From IMG/VR virus record IMGVR_UViG_3300027969_004220, positions 32,001 through 96,000 of that record: a stretch of DNA of 64,000 nt. One strand, given 5' to 3'. Position 1 is the first letter of the stretch; each line of letters opens with the position of its first letter. The translations under genes were made by a program, and so were the position numbers. The stretch comes from a virus. Taxonomy: Duplodnaviria > Caudoviricetes. The notes below the pieces were generated by a model. The model ran no database searches. It was given only the letters and a program-made list of their open reading frames with translations, and was not told the DNA's origin. This document shows positions 36,213-45,399 of the stretch, piece after piece.

Positions 36213-36287
36213 CGCGTAACGATCCACAGAGAGAGGTTACCCGCCTTGGACGCGGGGTTATTGCAGGTTCGAGTCCTGTTTACGCGA
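36213..36287 (+). tRNA. tRNA-Pro(TGG), divergent D-arm
   Basis: CCCGC-CTTGGAC-GCGGG. Confidence 0.75.
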
Positions 36288-36293
36288 CTAAAT

Positions 36294-36378
36294 AGCTACA
36301 GCGCATAATGGCTGGTGTGCCTGACTGTCACTCAGGTGTTGATTTTCAACGTAGCGGGTTCGATTCCCGTTGTAGCTG
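36294..36378 (+). tRNA. tRNA-Asp(GTC) with long variable arm
   Basis: CCTGA-CTGTCAC-TCAGG, variable stem GTTGA/TCAAC. Confidence 0.8.
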
Positions 36379-36384
36379 CAATAT

Positions 36385-36455
36385 TGGAATATGATGTAAC
36401 GGTAGCATCACATCTTTTGACGGTGTTTGTGGAGGTTCGAATCCTCCTATTCCAA
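36385..36455 (+). tRNA. tRNA-Gln(TTG)
   Basis: ACATC-TTTTGAC-GGTGT. Confidence 0.9.
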
Positions 36456-36465
36456 CAAATAAAAT

Positions 36466-36537
36466 GGCGTTGTAGCTCAGAGGCAGAGCGGTCGGTTCAT
36501 ATCCTTCAGGACGGGATCTCGGAATTCCCCAACGCTA
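36466..36537 (+). tRNA. tRNA-Met(CAT), weak anticodon stem and atypical T-loop
   Basis: GGCGTTG/CAACGCT, loop TTCATAT. Confidence 0.6.
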
Positions 36538-36546
36538 CTAAAATAA

Positions 36547-36571
36547 AAATCCTCTCAAATTGAGAGGATTT
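36547..36571. terminator. Terminator ending tRNA array 4
   Basis: AAATCCTCTCAA/TTGAGAGGATTT. Confidence 0.75.
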
Positions 36572-36576
36572 ATTTG

Positions 36577-36771
36577 TTAGTTTTCTAATACCTTATCGAT
36601 ATTAGCTTCTCTAACTTTAGCTTTTACAATACTTGGACTTTGCATATCCTCGTCTGTAATTCCTAATTGAGTTTTGATGATATTTAATAAATATCTTTCA
36701 TTCTCCCATCTGTAGTCTGGTGCTTCTGACATAGTCTCTGACATCATACCACCACTAAGATTCTTATTCAT
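36577..36771 (-). CDS. Small protein with C-terminal REANIDKVL tag
   Basis: 64 aa. Confidence 0.6.
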   Translation of the reverse strand: MNKNLSGGMMSETMSEAPDYRWENERYLLNIIKTQLGITDEDMQSPSIVKAKVREANIDKVLEN

Positions 36772-36838
36772 AGTAATTAATTATTTTTTAATTATATATA
36801 GAAACATAAAATAAGTTTAATAAAAATAATAATAACCA

Positions 36839-37090
36839 ATGAAAACACTTACCGTTAAATCTCCAACTCAACTTTGGACTATTCTTAAAAATAAAGAAGA
36901 GATTTTTGAATCTAATAGAGAATTAGAAAGATTTATATTTGTTACAGAGAAATTCATCAAAGGATGTCAATGTGGCTCAGATAATAAGACTCTAATGGAT
37001 AATCAATATAACTTTATCTCAACAAGTGAAGAAATCATTTCCCTTTTAAAAGAAGAATTAGGATATGATGAAATAATCTTTGATAAATAA
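36839..37090 (+). CDS. Hypothetical protein
   Basis: 83 aa, GCQC motif. Confidence 0.6.
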   Translation: MKTLTVKSPTQLWTILKNKEEIFESNRELERFIFVTEKFIKGCQCGSDNKTLMDNQYNFISTSEEIISLLKEELGYDEIIFDK

Positions 37091-37127
37091 ATAACTTTTC
37101 GTATCTTTACAATTAAATATATACATT

Positions 37128-37583
37128 ATGATGAAACGTGTATATAAAGTAAGATATTCAAAATCCTCATTAGAACTAAATGAAGACTATGATAACCTAT
37201 CCGACTTTGAGAAAGAACAAATTTCAGAATTAGATGCTGAAGGTTTTTTTGATTACGAAGATAATAGTATTTATTGTTGTTATGTTATATCAACACCTGT
37301 AGAAGTAGTAAAATATAGTAAGATACTTACTAATAATCTAATTCAACACGAGTATTTAGATTTATCACAAGAAATTCTAAATAATAAAATAGATATAGAG
37401 TTAGAATTAGAACATAAATTAGACGAAAAGAATTTATTTAAGTATGATTTCTTTTTAGATGATTTAGAACACTGGATTTATAATAACTTAGAAATAGACA
37501 TCGTGTTAGATAGAATAACTGATGTCGGAATAAACTCATTAAGACAAGTCGAGAAAGACTTTTTAAAACATTACTCAATATGA
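37128..37583 (+). CDS. Hypothetical protein with C-terminal DUF6576-like helix bundle
   Basis: IDIVLDRITDVGINSLRQVEKDFL. Confidence 0.65.
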   Translation: MMKRVYKVRYSKSSLELNEDYDNLSDFEKEQISELDAEGFFDYEDNSIYCCYVISTPVEVVKYSKILTNNLIQHEYLDLSQEILNNKIDIELELEHKLDEKNLFKYDFFLDDLEHWIYNNLEIDIVLDRITDVGINSLRQVEKDFLKHYSI

Positions 37584-37996
37584 TCAATATTTTTTTAGAC
37601 GATATCCGTATTCCATCAATGTCTCACAATGTGAGTAAAGGTCTTGGTGTGGACTATTCTAACAAAGATAAATGGGTAATAGTTAGAGATTACTTTGGCT
37701 TCATCGACTTAGTAGATAAACATTTTGATGAAATTGACTTGATTTCTTTTGACCACGATTTGGCTTGTTACAAAGACGGTGTTGAGTTCACCGGTAAGTC
37801 GGCAGTTGATTATTTAATTGATTACTGTTTAGATAATAACAAAAAGTTTCCAGATTGGTATGCTCACACAGACAACACTTCTGGAAAAAGAAATATAATA
37901 GGAGCGGTACTAAACTACATAAATAAAGTAGAAGGTAAAGACATTACAAACTTTAGATACTATCACAATGGTATCGTAAACAACAAACCAGTATGA
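37580..37996 (+). CDS. Cyclic-phosphate-processing receiver-like domain protein
   Basis: IFLDDIR, ISFDHDL, TGKSAVDYL, HTDNTSG. Confidence 0.75.
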   Translation: MINIFLDDIRIPSMSHNVSKGLGVDYSNKDKWVIVRDYFGFIDLVDKHFDEIDLISFDHDLACYKDGVEFTGKSAVDYLIDYCLDNNKKFPDWYAHTDNTSGKRNIIGAVLNYINKVEGKDITNFRYYHNGIVNNKPV

Positions 37997-38316
37997 CATT
38001 TTTAGATACACATCTAATTATTAAAATTAGAGATAAAGTAAAAGCCATAGATCATATCGGATTTATATGGCTTGACCGACCTATCTATGATAAAAAAGTT
38101 GTCATTGATAGAATTAAACTAGATCCTTACGAATGTGACGAGATAATGCCAATCAGTTGGTATGCAGTAAGTCCTAAAGCACGTTTAAAGATTTATAACG
38201 CATTACGTAGAGAAGAGGTTTATATTAAACAAAAATTAAACGAAAATGATGCTTGGTGTAACTATTACATAAATATTAAACCAAGTCAAAAATTAAAAAA
38301 AAATGAACTTAGATAA
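37993..38316 (+). CDS. Hypothetical protein
   Basis: 107 aa coupled ORF. Confidence 0.6.
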   Translation: MTFLDTHLIIKIRDKVKAIDHIGFIWLDRPIYDKKVVIDRIKLDPYECDEIMPISWYAVSPKARLKIYNALRREEVYIKQKLNENDAWCNYYINIKPSQKLKKNELR

Positions 38317-39025
38317 AATAGACTTACATTATCGTTGTGTCGATATAGATTATCACACAGAATATGACTGCGAGAATAATGGTTGCAATGATGAAGGAAT
38401 TTGTCGTTGTGGTAGTATTTATGACGCAGTGGTTACACATGTTGATATTTCTCAAATGGTAAATCTAATTTATGATGAACTATTTGACAGTAGTACTGTT
38501 TTAGGTAAAAGAGAAGATAGATTAAACCAATTACTTTATGGTATAGGTGAAGACATAAACCGTTATACTATTGATAGAATTTTAAGAAAATATAAAGTAT
38601 GGAATTCTGATAACTTTGAGGTTGAAGTTTGTGGTGGATACTATGGACAAGAAATTGATGGTGCATTCATTATTAAAAATATTTCAGATAAAATAGAAAA
38701 CGAATTAGAAATAGCTTTCTCTATTGAAGACTTATCTGGTAGAGTTGAGTATTTATTAGGTTTAGAGTATGGTAATTTATTACCAGAGTTAGAAAACTGT
38801 CAATATGAAATAGTTGAACTTGATAAAGCAGACATCAACTTTGGCGCCATCGATCATCATAGTAAAGTAAAGAAAAAAGACTTAGAATTCTATAGTGATA
38901 AAAACTATAAAGGTATAAGAGGTGTTGTTACATTTGTAAATGGTAAATACCGACTTATAGATGGTTATCATAGAGTACATACAACCTCTGGGTATAAAGT
39001 TAAAGTTTTAAAAGCCTTTAAATAG
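38303..39025 (+). CDS. Protein with C-terminal ParB/Srx-like motif
   Basis: GKYRLIDGYHRV; N-terminal Cys cluster. Confidence 0.65.
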   Translation: MNLDKIDLHYRCVDIDYHTEYDCENNGCNDEGICRCGSIYDAVVTHVDISQMVNLIYDELFDSSTVLGKREDRLNQLLYGIGEDINRYTIDRILRKYKVWNSDNFEVEVCGGYYGQEIDGAFIIKNISDKIENELEIAFSIEDLSGRVEYLLGLEYGNLLPELENCQYEIVELDKADINFGAIDHHSKVKKKDLEFYSDKNYKGIRGVVTFVNGKYRLIDGYHRVHTTSGYKVKVLKAFK

Positions 39026-39052
39026 AAAAAGACTCCAATTGGAGTCTTTTTT
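39026..39052. terminator. Bidirectional terminator
   Basis: AAAAAGACTCC-AATT-GGAGTCTTTTT between convergent genes. Confidence 0.75.
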
Positions 39053-39055
39053 ATT

Positions 39056-40960
39056 TTATTCAAACCATTTTTGTAAAAATTCAGATCTTTGTGTCCAATA
39101 GTGAGGATCTAATTTTTCAGTATCCTCTTTTTCCGAATCTATGATTCCATCTATTTTATTTTTCAATTCTTCAACTGTTATAATTGGTTTGTCTCTGAAT
39201 AAAGTAGGTTTGTCTTTATAAGTTTCTATATCTTTATAATAGTCAAACCAATCAGTTATTCTTCTATACTTATCAAGATTATCATTATCATCACTTACTT
39301 TATCAATTTCATATCCGAGTAATTCAGCATCTTCTTCAGTTAGATAGAAGTATTCTTTTTCATTATCAGTTTTTAGTAAAAATGTTTTTATTTGAAAAAT
39401 GTTTAATACGTATTCATTTTTATAATCTAATGTAACAAGTTCTAACTTAATAGCTTCTTTATCTCTCCAATCACGATCTTCAGTTTTTAATTTTTTATAC
39501 CATTCCTTTTCTTTTACTTTATCCATTAAGATAATAGTATCTTTATCATCTTTGTGATAGTATTCGTCACCCCAACCACCTGAAATAGTACCATCATCAT
39601 CAACACTCGTAACTGTTGTAACTCCATCTTCTTCAAAGATATAATCTTGATAATCTTCACACCAAATCGCATTATCCTCGTGATAGTATTGATCATCCCA
39701 TTCTGACCAATTAAGACTATCATATCCATCAGGATAAACACCTCTACGAGATCCTCTTGTAACAGTAATAGAATCTTCTCGGTATATCCAATCTCCTAAT
39801 CTTTCAGAATAGATTGCATCGTCTCTCTCAATATCACAATCATGCCAATCAGAATAAACAGTGTCATTTATTTCACTATAACCACCTGATGTACTATCTA
39901 AAATATAACATCCAATATTTTTTGTATCTTCATTTTCATTATCATTGTAAAGTATTCCAGTTCTTGGGTCATATCTTCTAAATGTATCAACATAAGGAAA
40001 TCTATTAAATTTCTTTATATTAAGTTGAACTCTCATCTCTAATCTATAGTTTTCATCTTTGAATGTTACAGATTCCAGACTATGATGATTATTATGTGTT
40101 TTATACGCCCAACCTCTTTCCGAAGCATAAGTTCTGAACTTTTCTACATCAGAATCTTTGATAGTATATTGTCTGTCTAAGAAATATTCAATATCTAAGT
40201 GATCTTCTTTAGAAACTGTATCAGAGTCATCCTTTATTTTCCAAATAAGTGATCTTCCAATTAGTTTATCATCTTCTAATAAAACTAACATTCTACACAC
40301 TTCTGGATTAGCAGTATATATTTCAAATGTTCTTTTTTCTGCTCTTGCCATACAAGAACTACCTAATGAGCCATTCATAATTTTATAACTATTGTAGTCA
40401 TACCACTCTGCAATTTCATCACCTGATACTTCAATGAATCTTTCACCACTTTGTTCTAATGTAGATTTGAATTTATTTACAAATTCTTCTACTTCTCTTG
40501 CAGTAAATTTACCTGGAAATATATTATTTATAAAACGGCCTAACTTAATAGGATTTCTAGCTTTTTCATATGGATCTGCATCACCTAACATACCTTGTCC
40601 TCTTAAAGGAGACTCGCTTCTAATAGTATTAGCACCATCGTGTAAGTTCCATATATCGTCACCAATAAGTGGATCATTGTTTAATGTGTCTTCTAAACCT
40701 TCTTCATCAAAAACATCGGAGAATCTATCCGCCAAAATCTTTTTAGTATTTTTCATTGTTGTAAATGAAACATAACCTTCTTTGTCTAAATTGACAAATG
40801 TTATATCTGGTTTTATATCAGTTCTTTCCGTATCTAATAGTATTTTAGAAATAGGTTCATTAGATAACTTTTTTAAGACCTTTTTAAATGGTGGTGCATA
40901 AAATATTACTGACTCATTTAGTAATTTCTCAAGTATAAAATCATTATATTTACTTATCAT
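39056..40960 (-). CDS. Large hypothetical protein, shares a domain with 15962-17188; N-terminal KYNDF..LNES tag
   Basis: VSGDEIAEWY..GSLGSSCM..IY.ANP..GRSLIW..FLDRQY; acidic repeats. Confidence 0.75.
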   Translation of the reverse strand: MISKYNDFILEKLLNESVIFYAPPFKKVLKKLSNEPISKILLDTERTDIKPDITFVNLDKEGYVSFTTMKNTKKILADRFSDVFDEEGLEDTLNNDPLIGDDIWNLHDGANTIRSESPLRGQGMLGDADPYEKARNPIKLGRFINNIFPGKFTAREVEEFVNKFKSTLEQSGERFIEVSGDEIAEWYDYNSYKIMNGSLGSSCMARAEKRTFEIYTANPEVCRMLVLLEDDKLIGRSLIWKIKDDSDTVSKEDHLDIEYFLDRQYTIKDSDVEKFRTYASERGWAYKTHNNHHSLESVTFKDENYRLEMRVQLNIKKFNRFPYVDTFRRYDPRTGILYNDNENEDTKNIGCYILDSTSGGYSEINDTVYSDWHDCDIERDDAIYSERLGDWIYREDSITVTRGSRRGVYPDGYDSLNWSEWDDQYYHEDNAIWCEDYQDYIFEEDGVTTVTSVDDDGTISGGWGDEYYHKDDKDTIILMDKVKEKEWYKKLKTEDRDWRDKEAIKLELVTLDYKNEYVLNIFQIKTFLLKTDNEKEYFYLTEEDAELLGYEIDKVSDDNDNLDKYRRITDWFDYYKDIETYKDKPTLFRDKPIITVEELKNKIDGIIDSEKEDTEKLDPHYWTQRSEFLQKWFE

Positions 40961-41034
40961 ATTATTATTAAAACTTTATTTATTTCTTATATATAAAAAT
41001 TGTCAAGTCAAATTTTATTTGTATATTTGTAATT

Positions 41035-41511
41035 ATGAAAACAAAATCACCATTCGTTATAATATTATCAGGAATACCAATGTCTGGTAAATCTACTTGG
41101 GTAAGAGAAAACTACCCAGATACTCTTGCTATATCCAGAGACGAACTCGTTATGGAAGTTGCAGGTACAAGAGATTATAACTTAGCATTTAAAACTGTTG
41201 ATCAAAAAGCAGTTGATAAATTATTAGCTAAAAGAATAACTGATGCAGCTACTCAAAAAGTAGATGTTATCATCGACATGACTAACTTATCAAGAAAAGT
41301 AAGAGTAAAAAACCTTTCTTACTTCTCTAATGATTATTACAAAGTATCTGTTGTATTACCAATCCTAGATTCAGAAGAATACAAAAGAAGAAACGATTTC
41401 AGATCAATCAATGAAAATAAATTCATACCACCATTTGTAATTAAATCAATGATGGACTCTTTCGTTTTTCCAACAGATGATGAAGGTTTCGATAAAATAA
41501 TTTTAGTATAA
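41035..41511 (+). CDS. AAA_33 / polynucleotide-kinase-like P-loop protein
   Basis: GIPMSGKSTW, ISRD, IIDMTN..R, PT..EGF. Confidence 0.85.
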   Translation: MKTKSPFVIILSGIPMSGKSTWVRENYPDTLAISRDELVMEVAGTRDYNLAFKTVDQKAVDKLLAKRITDAATQKVDVIIDMTNLSRKVRVKNLSYFSNDYYKVSVVLPILDSEEYKRRNDFRSINENKFIPPFVIKSMMDSFVFPTDDEGFDKIILV

Positions 41512-41936
41512 TGGCAGGAAAGATTGAAAATTGGGAACGTATGAAAGACAAAATTAATCGTGCTAATGGTGTAAAAGGTCCCGCACTTCCAAAAGGATGG
41601 TACGTAACAAAGAAAGAAGAAGAAAAAAACAAAAATATGGATATAATAAACATTTTATTAGATGCAGTTGTTGCATCAGGGAAGAAATTTAGTGAGATAC
41701 CTAAAGAGTCAGTTTATGCTTACCTTGAAAAGGCAGGAATAAATAAAAGTAAATGGCAGGGTATCTATGAAACACTAGCCGGTAAATTTAAAGAAACTAA
41801 ATCTACTGTTAAAGTTGTAGAAGATAGAACACCAAAAAACATCGTAGATTATACTGAAAACAGTTCAAGAAATGATGTTATGACAAGAGTACCTAGAAAA
41901 ACTATTTTCTCTGAAATTAAGAAATTAACAAAATAA
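41511..41936 (+). CDS. Hypothetical basic protein
   Basis: 141 aa coupled ORF. Confidence 0.6.
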   Translation: MAGKIENWERMKDKINRANGVKGPALPKGWYVTKKEEEKNKNMDIINILLDAVVASGKKFSEIPKESVYAYLEKAGINKSKWQGIYETLAGKFKETKSTVKVVEDRTPKNIVDYTENSSRNDVMTRVPRKTIFSEIKKLTK

Positions 41937-41991
41937 TTTTTGGATTTCTGGAGTAATCACCGTATATTTGTACTCTAATAAAGAAACAGAT

Positions 41992-42327
41992 ATGACAAAC
42001 TTCGACAACTTAAAATTTATTGATGGTGATTTCTTAACTACTGAAAGTCTTGCAGATATGATCTATGAGAACGAAGGTTCTTTTACACAAAAAGATCAAT
42101 CTATGTCATTTGATGTAGATGGGAAAGATGTTACCGTAAACTATGAAGTTTATGTTGAGGGAACTATCGAAGAAGAAAGTGGTGACTATTGGACACCAGG
42201 TTCTTGTGATGTTGAACTTACTGATGTTGATGTTACTATCAACGAAGTTTTTATCGATGGTGAGTTAGTAGATCTAGATAAAGAAGACTTTTTCAAAGTA
42301 GAAGTTTTATTAAAAAATAACTTATAA
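41992..42327 (+). CDS. Hypothetical acidic protein
   Basis: ATG after TTTG-N20-TATATTTG. Confidence 0.65.
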   Translation: MTNFDNLKFIDGDFLTTESLADMIYENEGSFTQKDQSMSFDVDGKDVTVNYEVYVEGTIEEESGDYWTPGSCDVELTDVDVTINEVFIDGELVDLDKEDFFKVEVLLKNNL

Positions 42328-42371
42328 TAAAAAAACCCAGATTTTTATCTGGGTTTTTTATATATAGTATT

Positions 42372-42854
42372 ATGAGAAAGATAAAAACAATATTAGAGTT
42401 CTTCGATACTGATGATTTTAAATCGCAATATGAGATACCTTATCTAAAAGGTGAAATGCCTAAAGTTATAAGTAAGTTTAAAAACTATGAGACTAGTGAA
42501 GATATTAGATTTTTAGATGTAATGAGATACCAATTTCCAGTACTTAACAACTTCAATTATAAAGTAGTTGAAAAAGGTGAAAATAAAATACACCTTCTTT
42601 TCGCAACATCATTAAAACATGTAAATGGAGACGACTACTATGCTTCTATAACATTTGCTTTCCATAAACAAAAATATACAGTAATTACAATCTTTAGAAA
42701 ATTAAAGAGTCATGATAAATCTAAATGGGATGTCAAAGAACATAAATTTGACGATATACAATCAACATTCACAATTGTTGAGGATTTTATAAAAAGATGT
42801 GAAGACTTTAACATCATTGAACACGAAGACAACTTTAATTTACAAAGTAATTAA
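42372..42854 (+). CDS. Hypothetical protein with N-terminal MRKIKTILEF tag
   Basis: 160 aa; TATATATA 5 nt upstream. Confidence 0.65.
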   Translation: MRKIKTILEFFDTDDFKSQYEIPYLKGEMPKVISKFKNYETSEDIRFLDVMRYQFPVLNNFNYKVVEKGENKIHLLFATSLKHVNGDDYYASITFAFHKQKYTVITIFRKLKSHDKSKWDVKEHKFDDIQSTFTIVEDFIKRCEDFNIIEHEDNFNLQSN

Positions 42855-42898
42855 ACTAATCATACACATTCTCGTATAACATAAAAATTACTTTTTTT

Positions 42899-43219
42899 AT
42901 GTGGGTAAAAATTGACGATGAAGTATTTCATGTCGAAGATATAAGTGTGCAACTTTCTATTTCAAAACATGCAACTATTTATCTGGATTTAGACATCGAG
43001 AATAATAAAAACTACTACGACTTTTTTATAGATAAATATGAGAAGGTTAAGAACTTCACAATTGAACACACAAAATATATTGCAAAGGGATGTAGAATAA
43101 AAACTATTGATATAGTTTTTAATTCTAAGTTAAATTTAAACATTTACTGTGAACATATTGATACTGATGTATCTGAGAGAAGAGATTCAATTATCGAACA
43201 AATTTTAAAGGAAAAGTAA
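42899..43219 (+). CDS. Hypothetical protein with C-terminal RDSIIEQIL tag
   Basis: 106 aa. Confidence 0.65.
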   Translation: MWVKIDDEVFHVEDISVQLSISKHATIYLDLDIENNKNYYDFFIDKYEKVKNFTIEHTKYIAKGCRIKTIDIVFNSKLNLNIYCEHIDTDVSERRDSIIEQILKEK

Positions 43220-43274
43220 AAACTTTAAACAATTACCGAATATAAAACTTATTATAAATCTTATTAAATAAATT

Positions 43275-45380
43275 ATGGAGATAAACAAACAATTACTTAC
43301 GAAAACACTTGACATTAAAGCTTCCTTAGAAGATGATGATGACGATGACTACAACAAATTCGGAGGTGGTAATGGTAAAAAATCTGACACTAAATCTAAA
43401 ACTCCGGTATTAGATACATACAGTCGTGATTTAACTAAATACGCCGAAGAAGGTAAGTTAGATCCAATTGTTGGAAGAGATAAAGAAATTGAAAGAGTTT
43501 CGCAAATTCTTTCCAGAAGAAAGAAAAATAATCCTATGTTACTTGGTGAAGCTGGAGTTGGTAAGTCTTCTATTGCAGAAGGATTAGCACTTAGAATCGC
43601 ACAACGTAAAGTTAGTAGAATCTTATTTGACAAAAGAGTTGTTATGTTAGATCTAGCTTCTATGGTTGCTGGTACTAAATACAGAGGACAATTTGAAGAA
43701 AGAATCAAAGCACTTATGGCAGAGGTTGAAGATGATAAATCTATTATCCTTTTTATTGATGAGATTCATACAATGATTGGTGCCGGTGGATCAAGTGGTT
43801 CTATGGACGCTTCTAATATGTTTAAACCTGCTTTAGCTAGAGGTGAAATACAAATCATTGGTGCAACAACCCTTGATGAATATAGAAAACACGTTGAAAA
43901 AGATGCTGCATTAGAAAGACGTTTCCAAAAAGTAGTTGTTGAACCTGCTACTCCAGAAGAAACTATACAAATCTTAACAAACATAAAAGATAAGTATGAG
44001 TCTCACCACAACGTAACTTACACTGATGAGGCAATTAAAGCTTGTGTTGATCTAACTGTTAGATATATGTCTGACCGACACTTACCAGATAAAGCTATTG
44101 ATGCGTTAGATGAAGCCGGTGCAAGAGTACACATTTCTAACATAGTAGTTCCTAAAGAAATTACTGATGTAGAACAAAAGATCATCGAAATCAAAGAAAA
44201 GAAAAATGATGTAATTAAACGTCAGAAGTACGAAGAAGCAGCTAAATTGAGAGATGTTGAAAAACAATTAAACACTCAATTACAAGTAGCTAAAGAAAGA
44301 TGGGAAGAAGACACGTTGAAAAACAGACAATTAGTAAGTGAAGATAATGTAGCTGAAGTTGTTGCTATGATTACTGGTATTCCAGTTCAAAAAGTAAATC
44401 AAAGTGAAAACAAAAAACTTTCTAAAATGTATGAAAACATTGCTGGTAAAGTTGTTGGGCAAGATGATGCTGTTAAGAAAATCATCAAATCTATCCAGAG
44501 AGGTAGAGTTGGTATGAAAGATCCTAACAAACCAATCTTTAGTGGTATCTTAATTGGTAACTCTGGTGTTGGTAAAACAGAACTTGCAAAACAATTATCT
44601 AAGTATTTATTTGAATCAGAAGATTCTTTAATCAGATTAGATATGTCTGAATATATGGACAAAATCTCTTTAACAAGAATTCAAGGAGCAGCCCCTGGAT
44701 ATGTTGGATATGATGATGCGAATGTTTTAGACAAGATTAGAAGAAAACCTTATTCAGTTATTCTTTTAGATGAGATTGAAAAAGCTCATCCAGATATATT
44801 TAACCTTTTCTTACAAATGTTAGATGAAGGACATATTACAGATTCTCACGGTAGAAAAGTTAGTTTTAAAAACTGTGTAATCTTAATGACTTCAAATGTT
44901 GGTACTAAAGTTGTTAAAGAATTTGGTGCTGGTGTTGGATTCTCTACCAAAACTAAAGAAGATAAAAGAGAAGATGATATAAAAGGTATCTTAGAAAAAG
45001 AGTTGAAGAAAAAATTCGCACCTGAATTTATCAATAGATTAGATGAAATCATTTACTTTAGAGATTTGGGTAAAGAAGAGATAATGAAAATTGTTGACTT
45101 AGAATTAAGAAAAACTTTAGCAAGAGGTTTAGAAATTGGATTTACTTTAGAAGTATCTGATTTATTAAAAGAACATTTAGTTGAGATTGGTTACGACCCT
45201 CAATTTGGTGCTCGACCTTTGAAAAGAGCAATTCAACGAAGTATTGATGATGCAGTAACTGAATTCATTATTGAAAGTGAACCAAAAGAAGGTACTACTT
45301 TAGTACTTGACTATGATGCTGAAAAAGAAGAGACAACAGTCAACTTGAAAAAGAGAAAGAAAACAAAAAAAGAAGAGTAA
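43275..45380 (+). CDS. clpC: ClpC-like AAA+ unfoldase lacking the N-terminal Clp-repeat domain
   Basis: GEAGVGKS and GNSGVGKT Walker A motifs, [14 protein letters not shown]-like middle helix (YEEAAKLRD), VGF loop, GARPLKR. Confidence 0.9.
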   Translation: MEINKQLLTKTLDIKASLEDDDDDDYNKFGGGNGKKSDTKSKTPVLDTYSRDLTKYAEEGKLDPIVGRDKEIERVSQILSRRKKNNPMLLGEAGVGKSSIAEGLALRIAQRKVSRILFDKRVVMLDLASMVAGTKYRGQFEERIKALMAEVEDDKSIILFIDEIHTMIGAGGSSGSMDASNMFKPALARGEIQIIGATTLDEYRKHVEKDAALERRFQKVVVEPATPEETIQILTNIKDKYESHHNVTYTDEAIKACVDLTVRYMSDRHLPDKAIDALDEAGARVHISNIVVPKEITDVEQKIIEIKEKKNDVIKRQKYEEAAKLRDVEKQLNTQLQVAKERWEEDTLKNRQLVSEDNVAEVVAMITGIPVQKVNQSENKKLSKMYENIAGKVVGQDDAVKKIIKSIQRGRVGMKDPNKPIFSGILIGNSGVGKTELAKQLSKYLFESEDSLIRLDMSEYMDKISLTRIQGAAPGYVGYDDANVLDKIRRKPYSVILLDEIEKAHPDIFNLFLQMLDEGHITDSHGRKVSFKNCVILMTSNVGTKVVKEFGAGVGFSTKTKEDKREDDIKGILEKELKKKFAPEFINRLDEIIYFRDLGKEEIMKIVDLELRKTLARGLEIGFTLEVSDLLKEHLVEIGYDPQFGARPLKRAIQRSIDDAVTEFIIESEPKEGTTLVLDYDAEKEETTVNLKKRKKTKKEE

Positions 45381-45399
45381 TACTCTTCTTTTTTTTTAT

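Noticed and set aside
43349-45052. Antisense ORFs inside clpC and other long genes
   Set aside because: Shadow ORFs opposite well-supported coding regions.
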